DNA from: the human T2T-CHM13v2.0 reference genome, Homo sapiens
Strand: one strand, 5' to 3'
NCBI RefSeq assembly: GCF_009914755.1
Contig: NC_060925.1
DNA length: 64,000 nucleotides
This document shows positions 14,601 to 28,600 of the stretch, piece after piece. The notes under the pieces were generated by a model. The model made no database searches. It had not been told where the DNA came from and saw nothing but the letters and a program-made list of their open reading frames with translations. The translations under genes were made by a program, and so were the position numbers. Within the stretch, counting starts at the first letter, position 1; every line of letters starts with the position of its first letter.

Positions 14601-17600
14601 AATCGTCATAGAATGGAATCGAATGGATTCATTGAATGGAATCAGATGGAATCATCGAATGGACTGGAATGGAATCATTGAATGGACTCGAAAGGGATCA
14701 TGATTGAATGGAATTGAATGGAATCATCGAATGGTCTCGATTGGAATCATTATCAAATGGAATCGAATGGAATCACCGAATAGAATCGAATGGAACAATC
14801 ATCGAATGGACTCAAATGGAATTATCCTCCAATGGAATCGAATGGAATTATCGAATGCAATCGAATGGAATTATCGAATGCAATCGAATAGAATCATCGA
14901 ATGGACTCGAATGGAATCATCGAATGGAATGGAATGGAACAGTCAATGAACTCGAATGGAATCATCATTGAATGGAATCGAATGGAATCATCGAGTGGAA
15001 TCGAATGGAATTATGATCAAATGGAATCGAATGTAATCATCATCAAATGGAATCAAAAATAACCATCATCAATTGGTATTGAATGGAATTGTCATCAAAT
15101 GGAATTCAAAGGAATCAATATCAAATGGAACCGAATGGAATCCTCATTGAATGGAAATGAAAGGGGTCATCATCTAATGGAATCGCATGGAATCATCATC
15201 AAATGGAATCGAATGGAATCATCATCAAATGGAATCTAATGGAATCATTGAACAGAATTGAATGGAATCGTCATCGAATGAATTGAATGCAATCATCGAA
15301 TGGTCTCGAATGGAATCATCTTCTAATGGAAAGGAATGGAATCATCGCATAGAATCGAATGGAATTATCATCGAATGGAATCGAATGGTATCAACACCAA
15401 ACGGAAAAAAACGGAATTATCGAATGGAATCGAAGAGAATCTTCGAACGGACCCGAATGGAATCATCTAATGGAATGGAATGGAATAATCCATGGACTCG
15501 AATGCAATCATCATCGAATGGAATCGAATGGAATCATCGAATGGACTCGAATGGAATAATCATTGAACGGAATCGAATGGAATCATCATCGGATGGAAAC
15601 GAATGGAATCATCATCGAATGGAAATGAAAGGAGTCATCATCTAATGCAATTGCATGGAATCATCATCAAATGGAATCGAATGGAATCAACATCAAATGG
15701 AATCTAATGGAATCATTGAACAGAATTGAATGGAATCGTCATCGAATGAATTGACTGCAATCATCGAATGGTCTCGAATGGAATCATCTTCAAATGGAAT
15801 GGAATGGAATCATCGCATAGAATCGAATGGAATTATCATCGAATGGAATCGAATGGAATCAACATCAAACGGAAAAAAACAGAATTATCGAATGGAATCG
15901 AAGAGAATCATCGCATGGACCCGAATGGAATCATCTAATGGAATGGAATGGAATAATCCATGGACTCGAATGCAATCATCATCGAATGGAATCGAATGGA
16001 ATCATCGAATGGACTCGAATGGAATAATCATTGAACGGAATCGAATGGAATCATCATCAGATGGAAATGAATGGAATCATCATCGAATGGAATCGAATAC
16101 AATTATGGAATGAAATCCAGTGTGATCATCATCGAATGGACCCGAATGGAATCATCATCCAACGGAAGCTAATGGAATCAACATCGAATGAATCAAATGG
16201 AAACACCATCGAATTGAAACGAATGGAATTATCATGAAATTGAAATGGATGGACTCATCATCGAATGGATTCGAATGGAATCATCGAATAAAATTGATTG
16301 AAATCATCATCGAATGGAATCGAATGGTATCATTGAATGGAATCGAATGGAATCATCATCAGATGGAAATGAATGGAATCGTCATAGAATGGAATCGAAT
16401 GGATTCATTGAATGGAATCAGATGGAATCATCGAATGGACTGGAATGGAATCATTGAATGGACTCAAAAGGGATCATGATTGAATGGAATTGAATGGAAT
16501 CATCGAATGGTCTCGATTGGAATCATTATCAAATGGAATCGAATGGAATCACCGAATAGAATCGAATGGAACAATCATCGAATGGACTCAAATGGAATTA
16601 TCCTCAAATGGAATCGAATGGAATTATCGAATGCAATCGAATGGAATTATCGAATGCAATCGAATAGAATGATCGAATGGACTCGAATGGAATCATCGAA
16701 TGGAATGCAATGGAACAGTCAATGAACTCGAATGGAATCATCATTGAATGGAATCGAATGGAATCATCGATTGGAATCGAATGGAATTATGATCAAATGG
16801 AATCGAATGTAATCCTCATCAAATGGAATCAAAAATAACCATCATCAATTGGTATTGAATGGAATTGTCATCAAATGGAATTCAAAGGAATCATCATCAA
16901 ATGGAACCGAATGGAATCCTCATTGAATGGAAATGAAAGGGGTCATCATCTAATGGAATCGCATGGAATCATCATCAAATGGAATCGAATGGAATCATCA
17001 TCAAATGGAATCTAATGGAATCATTGAACAGAATTGAATGGAATCGTCATCGAATGAATTGAATGCAATCATCGAATGGTCTCGAATGGAATCATCTTCT
17101 AATGGAAAGGAATGGAATCATCGCATAGAATCGAATGGAATTATCATCGAATGGAATCGAATGGTATCAACACCAAACGGAAAAAAACGGAATTATCGAA
17201 TGGAATCGAAGAGAATCTTCGAACGGACCCGAATGGAATCATCTAATGGAATGGAATGGAATAATCCATGGACTCGAATGCAATCATCATCGAATGGAAT
17301 CGAATGGAATCATCGAATGGACTCGAATGGAATAATCATTGAACGGAATCGAATGGAATCATCATCGGATGGAAACGAATGGAATCATCATCGAATGGAA
17401 ATGAAAGGAGTCATCATCTAATGGAATTGCATGGAATCATCATAAAATGGAATCGAATGGAATCAACATCAAATGGAATCAAATGGAATCATTGAACGGA
17501 ATTGAATTGAATCGTCATCGAATGAATTGACTGCAATCATCGAATGGTCTCGGAATCATCTTCAAATGGAATGGAATGGAATCATCGCATAGAATCGAAT

Positions 17601-17999
17601 GGAATTATCATCGAATGGAATCGAATGGAATCAACATCAAACGGAAAAAAACGGAATTATCGAATGGAATCGAAGAGAATCATCGAATGGACCCGAATGG
17701 AATCATCTAATGGAATGGAATAGAATAATCCATGGACTCGAATGCAATCATCATCGAATGGAATCGAATGGAATCATCGAATGGACTCGAATGGAATAAT
17801 CATTGAACGGAATCGAATGGAATCATCATCGGATGGAAATGAATGGAATCATCATCGAATGGAATCGAATAGAATTATGGAATGAAATCCAGTGTGATCA
17901 TCATCGAATGGACCCGAATGGAATCATCATCCAACGGAAGCTAATGGAATCAACATCGAATGAATCGAATGGAAACACCATCGAATTGAAACGAATGGA

Positions 18000-20900
18000 A
18001 TTATCATGAAATTGAAATGGATGGACTCATCATCGAATGGATTCGAATGGAATCATCGAATAAAATTGATTGAAATCATCATCGAATGGAATCGAATGGT
18101 ATCATTGAATGGAATCGAATGGAATCATCATCAGATGGAAATGAATGGAATCGTCATAGAATGGAATCGAATGGATTCATTGAATGGAATCAGATGGAAT
18201 CATCGAATGGACTGGAATGGAATCATTGAATGGACTCGAAAGGGATCATGATTGAATGGAATTGAATGGAATCATCGAATGGTCTCGATTGGAATCATTA
18301 TCAAATGGAATCGAATGGAATCACCGAATAGAATCGAATGGAACAATCATCGAATGGACTCAAATGGAATTATCCTCAAATGGAATCGAATGGAATTATC
18401 GAATGCAATCGAATGGAATTATCGAATGCAATCGAATAGAATCATCGAATGGACTCGAATGGAATCATCGAATGGAATGGAATGGAACAGTCAATGAACA
18501 CGAATGGAATCATCATTGAATGGAATCGAATGGAATCATCGAGTGGAATCGAATGGAATTATGATCAAATGGAATCGAATGTAATCATCATCAAATGGAA
18601 TCAAAAATAACCATCATCAATTGGTATTGAATGGAATTGTCATCAAATGGAATTCAAAGGAATCATCATCAAATGGAACCGAATGGAATCCTCATTGAAT
18701 GGAAATGAAAGGGGTCATCATCTAATGGAATCGCATGGAATCATCACCAAATGGAATCGAATGGAATCATCATCAAATGGAATCTAATGGAATCATTGAA
18801 CAGAATTGAATGGAATCGTCATCAAATGAATTGAATGCAATCATCGAATGGTCTCGAATGGAATCATCTTCTAATGGAAAGGAATGGAATCATCGCATAG
18901 AATCGAATGGAATTATCATCGAATGGAATCGAATGGTATCAACACCAAACGGAAAAAAACGGAATTATCAAATGGAATCGAAGAGAATCTTCGAACGGAC
19001 CCGAATGGAATCATCTAATGGAATGGAATGGAATAATCCATGGACTCGAATGCAATCATCATCGAATGGAATCGAATGGAATCATCGAATGGACTCGAAT
19101 GGAATAATCATTGAACGGAATCGAATGGAATCATCATCGGATGGAAACGAATGGAATCATCATCGAATGGAAATGAAAGGAGTCATCATCTAATGCAATT
19201 GCACGGAATCATCATCAAATGGAATCGAATGGAATCAACATCAAATGGAATCTAATGGAATCATTGAACAGAATTGAATGGAATCGTCATCGAATGAATT
19301 GACTGCAATCATCGAATGGTCTCGAATGGAATCATCTTCAAATGGAATGGAATGGAATCATCGCATAGAATCGAATGGAATTATCATCGAATGGAATCGA
19401 ATGGAATCAACATCAAACGGAAAAAAACGGAATTATCGAATGGAATCGAAGAGAATCATCGAATGGACCCGAATGGAATCATCTAATGGAATGGAATGGA
19501 ATAATCCATGGACTCGAATGCAATCATCATCGAATGGAATCGAATGGAATCATCGAATGGACTCGAATGGAATAATCATTGAACGGAATCGAATGGAATC
19601 ATCATCAGATGGAAATGAATGGAATCATCATCGAATGGAATCGAATAGAATTATGGAATGAAATCCAGTGTGATCATCATCGAATGGACCCGAATGGAAT
19701 CATCATCCAACGGAAGCTAATGGAATCAACATCGAATGAATCAAATGGAAACACCATCGAATTGAAACGAATGGAATTATCATGAAATTGAAATGGATGG
19801 ACTCATCATCGAATGGATTCGAATGGAATCATCGAATAAAATTGATTGAAATCATCATCGAATGGAATCGAATGGTATCATTGAATGGAATCGAATGGAA
19901 TCATCATCAGATGGAAATGAATGGAATCGTCATAGAATGGAATCGAATGGATTCATTGAATGGAATCAGATGGAATCATCGAATGGACTGGAATGGAATC
20001 ATTGAATGGACTCAAAAGGGATCATGATTGAATGGAATTGAATGGAATCATCGAATGGTCTCGATTGGAATCATTATCAAATGGAATCGAATGGAATCAC
20101 CGAATAGAATCGAATGGAACAATCATCGAATGGACTCAAATGGAATTATCCTCAAATGGAATCGAATGGAATTATCGAATGCAATCGAATGGAATTATCG
20201 AATGCAATCGAATAGAATGATCGAATGGACTCGAATGGAATCATCGAATGGAATGCAATGGAACAGTCAATGAACTCGAATGGAATCATCATTGAATGGA
20301 ATCGAATGGAATCATCGATTGGAATCGAATGGAATTATGATCAAATGGAATCGAATGTAATCCTCATCAAATGGAATCAAAAATAACCATCATCAATTGG
20401 TATTGAATGGAATTGTCATCAAATGGAATTCAAAGGAATCATCATCAAATGGAACCGAATGGAATCCTCATTGAATGGAAATGAAAGGGGTCATCATCTA
20501 ATGGAATCGCATGGAATCATCATCAAATGGAATCGAATGGAATCATCATCAAATGGAATCTAATGGAATCATTGAACAGAATTGAATGGAATCGTCATCG
20601 AATGAATTGAATGCAATCATCGAATGGTCTCGAATGGAATCATCTTCTAATGGAAAGGAATGGAATCATCGCATAGAATCGAATGGAATTATCATCGAAT
20701 TTAATGGAATGGAATCAACATCAAACGGAAAAAAACGGAATTATCGAATGGAATCGAAGAGAATCTTCGAACGGACCCGAATGGAATCATCTAATGGAAT
20801 GGAATGGAATAATCCATGGACTCGAATGCAATCATCATCGAATGGAATCGAATGGAATCATCGAATGGACTCGAATGGAATAATCATTGAACGGAATCGA

Positions 20901-23900
20901 ATGGAATCATCATCGGATGGAAACGAATGGAATCATCATCGAATGGAAATGAAAGGAGTCATCATCTAATGGAATTGCATGGAATCATCATAAAATGGAA
21001 TCGAATGGAATCAACATCAAATGGAATCAAATGGAATCATTGAACGGAATTGAATGGAATCGTCATCGAATGAATTGACTGCAATCATCCAATGGTCTCG
21101 AATGGAATCATCTTCAAATGGAATGGAATGGAATCATCGCATAGAATCGAATGGAATTATCATCGAATGGAATCGAATGGAATCAACATCAAACGGAAAA
21201 AAACGGAATTATCGAATGGAATCGAAGAGAATCATCGAATGGACCCGAATGGAATCATCTAATGGAATGGAATGGAATAATCCATGGACTCGAATGCAAT
21301 CATCATCGAATGGAATCGAATGGAATCATCGAATGGACTCGAATGGAATAATCATTGAACGGAATCGAATGGAATCATCATCGGATGGAAATGAATGGAA
21401 TCATCATCGAATGGAATCGAATAGAATTATGGAATGAAATCCAGTGTGATCATCATCGAATGGACCCGAATGGAATCATCATCCAACGGAAGCTAATGGA
21501 ATCAACATCGAATGAATCGAATGGAAACACCATCAAATTGAAACGAATGGAATTATCATGAAATTGAAATGGATGGACTCATCATCGAATGGATTCGAAT
21601 GGAATCATGGAATAAAATTGATGGAAATCATCATCCAATGGAATCGAATGGTATCATTGAATGGAATCGAATGGAATCATCATCAGATGGAAATGAATGG
21701 AATCGTCATAGAATGGAATCGAATGGATTCATTGAATGGAATCAGATGGAATCATCGAATGGACTGGAATGGAATCATTGAATGGACTCGAAAGGGATCA
21801 TGATTGAATGGAATTGAATGGAATCATCGAATGGTCTCGATTGGAATCATTATCAAATGGAATCGAATGGAATCACCGAATAGAATCGAATGGAACAATC
21901 ATCGAATGGACTCAAATGGAATTATCCTCCAATGGAATGCAATGGAATTATCGAATGCAATCGAATGGAATTATCGAATGCAATCGAATAGAATCATCGA
22001 ATGGACTCGAATGGAATCATCGAATGGAATGGAATGGAACAGTCAATGAACTCGAATGGAATCATCATTGAATGGAATCGAATGGAATCATCGAGTGGAA
22101 TCGAATGGAATTATGATCAAATGGAATCGAATGTAATCATCATCAAATGGAATCAAAAATAACCATCATCAATTGGTATTGAATGGAATTGTCATCAAAT
22201 GGAATTCAAAGGAATCATCATCAAATGGAACCGAATGGAATCCTCATTGAATGGAAATGAAAGGGGTCATCATCTAATGGAATCGCATGGAATCATCATC
22301 AAATGGAATCGAATGGAATCATCATCAAATGGAATCTAATGGAATCATTGAACAGAATTGAATGGAATCGTCATCGAATGAATTGAATGCAATCATCGAA
22401 TGGTCTCGAATGGAATCATCTTCTAATGGAAAGGAATGGAATCATCGCATAGAATCGAATGGAATTATCATCGAATGGAATCGAATGGTATCAACACCAA
22501 ACGGAAAAAAACGGAATTATCGAATGGAATCGAAGAGAATCTTCGAACGGACCCGAATGGAATCATCTAATGGAATGGAATGGAATAATCCATGGACTCG
22601 AATGCAATCATCATCGAATGGAATCGAACGGAATCATCGAATGGACTCGAATGGAATAATCATTGAACGGAATCGATTGGAATCATCATCGGATGGAAAC
22701 GAATGGAATCATCATCGAATGGAAATGAAAGGAGTCATCATCTAATGGAATTGCATGGAATCATCATAAAATGGAATCGAATGGAATCAACATCAAATGG
22801 AATCAAATGGAATCATTGAACGGAATTGAATGGAATCGTCATCGAATGAATTGACTGCAATCATCCAATGGTCTCGAATGGAATCATCTTCAAATGGAAT
22901 GGAATGGAATCATCGCATAGAATCGAATGGAATTATCATCGAATGGAATCGAATGGAATCAACATCCAACGGAAAAAAACGGAATTATCGAATGGAATCG
23001 AAGAGAATCATCGAATGGACCCGAATGGAATCATCTAATGGAATGGAATGGAATAATCCATGGACTCGAATGCAATCATCATCGAATGGAATCGAATGGA
23101 ATCATCGAATGGACTCGAATGGAATAATCATTGAACGGAATCGAATGGAATCATCATCGGATGGAAATGAATGGAATCATCATCGAATGGAATCGAATAG
23201 AATTATGGAATGAAATCCAGTGTGATCATCATCGAATGGACCCGAATGGAATCATCATCCAACGGAAGCTAATGGAATCAACATCGAATGAATCGAATGG
23301 AAACACCATCGAATTGAAACGAATGGAATTATCATGAAATTGAAATGGATGGACTCATCATCGAATGGATTCGAATGGAATCATCGAATAAAATTGATTG
23401 AAATCATCATCGAATGGAATCGAATGGTATCATTGAATGGAATCGAATGGAATCATCATCAGATGGAAATGAATGGAATCGTCATAGAATGGAATCGAAT
23501 GGATTCATTGAATGGAATCAGATGGAATCATCGAATGGACTGGAATGGAATCATTGAATGGACTCGAAAGGGATCATGATTGAATGGAATTGAATGGAAT
23601 CATCGAATGGTCTCGATTGGAATCATTATCAAATGGAATCGAATGGAATCACCGAATAGAATCGAATGGAACAATCATCGAATGGACTCAAATGGAATTA
23701 TCCTCAAATGGAATCGAATGGAATTATCGAATGCAATCGAATGGAATTATCGAATGCAATCGAATAGAATCATCGAATGGACTCGAATGGAATCATCGAA
23801 TGGAATGGAATGGAACAGTCAATGAACACGAATGGAATCATCATTGAATGGAATCGAATGGAATCATCGAGTGGAATCGAATGGAATTATGATCAAATGG

Positions 23901-26900
23901 AATCGAATGTAATCATCATCAAATGGAATCAAAAATAACCATCATCAATTGGTATTGAATGGAATTGTCATCAAATGGAATTCAAAGGAATCATCATCAA
24001 ATGGAACCGAATGGAATCCTCATTGAATGGAAATGAAAGGGGTCATCATCTAATGGAATCGCATGGAATCATCACCAAATGGAATCGAATGGAATCATCA
24101 TCAAATGGAATCTAATGGAATCATTGAACAGAATTGAATGGAATCGTCATCAAATGAATTGAATGCAATCATCGAATGGTCTCGAATGGAATCATCTTCT
24201 AATGGAAAGGAATGGAATCATCGCATAGAATCGAATGGAATTATCATCGAATGGAATCGAATGGTATCAACACCAAACGGAAAAAAACGGAATTATCGAA
24301 TGGAATCGAAGAGAATCTTCGAACGGACCCGAATGGAATCATCTAATGGAATGGAATGGAATAATCCATGGACTCGAATGCAATCATCATCGAATGGAAT
24401 CGAATGGAATCATCGAATGGACTCGAATGGAATAATCATTGAACGGAATCGAATGGAATCATCATCGGATGGAAACGAATGGAATCATCATCGAATGGAA
24501 ATGAAAGGAGTCATCATCTAATGCAATTGCATGGAATCATCATAAAATGGAATCGAATGGAATCAACATCAAATGGAATCAAATGGAATCATTGAACGGA
24601 ATTGAATGGAATCGTCATCGAATGAATTGACTGCAATCATCGAATGGTCTCGAATGGAATCATCTTCAAATGGAATGGAATGGAATCATCGCATAGAATC
24701 GAATGGAATTATCATCGAATGGAATCGAATGGAATCAACATCAAACGGAAAAAAACGGAATTATCGAATGGAATCGAAGAGAATCATCGAATGGACCCGA
24801 ATGGAATCATCTAATGGAATGGAATGGAATAATCCATGGACTCGAATGCAATCATCATCGAATGGAATCGAATGGAATCATCGAATGGACTCGAATGGAA
24901 TAATCATTGAACGGAATCGAATGGAATCATCATCAGATGGAAATGAATGGAATCATCATCGAATGGAATCGAATACAATTATGGAATGAAATCCAGTGTG
25001 ATCATCATCGAATGGACCCGAATGGAATCATCATCCAACGGAAGCTAATGGAATCAACATCGAATGAATCAAATGGAAACACCATCGAATTGAAACGAAT
25101 GGAATTATCATGAAATTGAAATGGATGGACTCATCATCGAATGGATTCGAATGGAATCATCGAATAAAATTGATTGAAATCATCATCGAATGGAATCGAA
25201 TGGTATCATTGAATGGAATCGAATGGAATCATCATCAGATGGAAATGAATGGAATCGTCATAGAATGGAATCGAATGGATTCATTGAATGGAATCAGATG
25301 GAATCATCGAATGGACTGGAATGGAATCATTGAATGGACTCAAAAGGGATCATGATTGAATGGAATTGAATGGAATCATCGAATGGTCTCGATTGGAATC
25401 ATTATCAAATGGAATCGAATGGAATCACCGAATAGAATCGAATGGAACAATCATCGAATGGACTCAAATGGAATTATCCTCAAATGGAATCGAATGGAAT
25501 TATCGAATGCAATCGAATGGAATTATCGAATGCAATCGAATAGAATGATCGAATGGACTCGAATGGAATCATCGAATGGAATGCAATGGAACAGTCAATG
25601 AACTCGAATGGAATCATCATTGAATGGAATCGAATGGAATCATCGAGTGGAATCGAATGGAATTATGATCAAATGGAATCGAATGTAATCCTCATCAAAT
25701 GGAATCAAAAATAACCATCATCAATTGGTATTGAATGGAATTGTCATCAAATGGAATTCAAAGGAATCATCATCAAATGGAACCGAATGGAATCCTCATT
25801 GAATGGAAATGAAAGGGGTCATCATCTAATGGAATCGCATGGAATCATCATCAAATGGAATCGAATGGAATCATCATCAAATGGAATCTAATGGAATCAT
25901 TGAACAGAATTGAATGGAATCGTCATCGAATGAATTGAATGCAATCATCGAATGGTCTCGAATGGAATCATCTTCTAATGGAAAGGAATGGAATCATCGC
26001 ATAGAATCGAATGGAATTATCATCGAATGGAATCGAATGGTATCAACACCAAACGGAAAAAAACGGAATTATCGAATGGAATCGAAGAGAATCTTCGAAC
26101 GGACCCGAATGGAATCATCTAATGGAATGGAATGGAATAATCCATGGACTCGAATGCAATCATCATCGAATGGAATCGAATGGAATCATCGAATGGACTC
26201 GAATGGAATAATCATTGAACGGAATCGAATGGAATCATCATCGGATGGAAACGAATGGAATCATCATCGAATGGAAATGAAAGGAGTCATCATCTAATGG
26301 AATTGCATGGAATCATCATAAAATGGAATCGAATGGAATCAACATCAAATGGAATCAAATGGAATCATTGAACGGAATTGAATGGAATCGTCATCGAATG
26401 AATTGACTGCAATCATCCAATGGTCTCGAATGGAATCATCTTCAAATGGAATGGAATGGAATCATCGCATAGAATCGAATGGAATTATCATCGAATGGAA
26501 TCGAATGGAATCAACATCAAACGGAAAAAAACGGAATTATCGAATGGAATCGAAGAGAATCATCGAATGGACCCGAATGGAATCATCTAATGGAATGGAA
26601 TGGAATAATCCATGGACTCGAATGCAATCATCATCGAATGGAATCGAATGGAATCATCGAATGGACTCGAATGGAATAATCATTGAACGGAATCGAATGG
26701 AATCATCATCGGATGGAAATGAATGGAATCATCATCGAATGGAATCGAATAGAATTATGGAATGAAATCCAGTGTGATCATCATCGAATGGACCCGAATG
26801 GAATCATCATCCAACGGAAGCTAATGGAATCAACATCGAATGAATCGAATGGAAACACCATCGAATTGAAACGAATGGAATTATCATGAAATTGAAATGG

Positions 26901-28600
26901 ATGGACTCATCATCGAATGGATTCGAATGGAATCATGGAATAAAATTGATGGAAATCATCATCCAATGGAATCGAATGGTATCATTGAATGGAATCGAAT
27001 GGAATCATCATCAGATGGAAATGAATGGAATCGTCATAGAATGGAATCGAATGGATTCATTGAATGGAATCAGATGGAATCATCGAATGGACTGGAATGG
27101 AATCATTGAATGGACTCGAAAGGGATCATGATTGAATGGAATTGAATGGAATCATCGAATGGTCTCGATTGGAATCATTATCAAATGGAATCGAATGGAA
27201 TCACCGAATAGAATCGAATGGAACAATCATCTAATGGACTCAAATGGAATTATCCTCCAATGGAATGCAATGGAATTATCGAATGCAATCGAATGGAATT
27301 ATCGAATGCAATCGAATAGAATCATCGAATGGACTCGAATGGAATCATCGAATGGAATGGAATGGAACAGTCAATGAACTCGAATGGAATCATCATTGAA
27401 TGGAATCGAATGGAATCATCGAGTGGAATCGAATGGAATTATGATCAAATGGAATCGAATGTAATCATCATCAAATGGAATCAAAAATAACCATCATCAA
27501 TTGGTATTGAATGGAATTGTCATCAAATGGAATTCAAAGGAATCATCATCAAATGGAACCGAATGGAATCCTCATTGAATGGAAATGAAAGGGGTCATCA
27601 TCTAATGGAATCGCATGGAATCATCATCAAATGGAATCGAATGGAATCATCATCAAATGGAATCTAATGGAATCATTGAACAGAATTGAATGGAATCGTC
27701 ATCGAATGAATTGAATGCAATCATCGAATGGTCTCGAATGGAATCATCTTCTAATGGAAAGGAATGGAATCATCGCATAGAATCGAATGGAATTATCATC
27801 GAATGGAATCGAATGGTATCAACACCAAACGGAAAAAAACGGAATTATCGAATGGAATCGAAGAGAATCTTCGAACGGACCCGAATGGAATCATCTAATG
27901 GAATGGAATGGAATAATCCATGGACTCGAATGCAATCATCATCGAATGGAATCGAATGGAATCATCGAATGGACTCGAATGGAATAATCATTGAACGGAA
28001 TCGATTGGAATCATCATCGGATGGAAACGAATGGAATCATCATCGAATGGAAATGAAAGGAGTCATCATCTAATGGAATTGCATGGAATCATCATAAAAT
28101 GGAATCGAATGGAATCAACATCAAATGGAATCAAATGGAATCATTGAACGGAATTGAATGGAATCGTCATCGAATGAATTGACTGCAATCATCCAATGGT
28201 CTCGAATGGAATCATCTTCAAATGGAATGGAATGGAATCATCGCATAGAATCGAATGGAATTATCATCGAATGGAATCGAATGGAATCAACATCCAACGG
28301 AAAAAAACGGAATTATCGAATGGAATCGAAGAGAATCATCGAATGGACCCGAATGGAATCATGTAATGGAATGGAATGGAATAATCCATGGACTCGAATG
28401 CAATCATCATCGAATGGAATCGAATGGAATCATCGAATGGACTCGTATGGAATAATCATTGAACGGAATCGAATGGAATCATCATCGGATGGAAATGAAT
28501 GGAATCATCATCGAATGGAATCGAATAGAATTATGGAATGAAATCCAGTGTGATCATCATCGAATGGACCCGAATGGAATCATCATCCAACGGAAGCTAA
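18000..28600 (+). repeat. Three-unit (5,328-bp) tandem duplication with some divergence
   Basis: Rare variants pair at +5,328: gaacacg (about 18499/23827), catcaccaa (about 18746/24074), gtcatcaaatgaa, actcaaaagg, catggaataaaattgatgg (about 21608/26936) and ccaatggaatgcaatgg. Confidence 0.8.
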
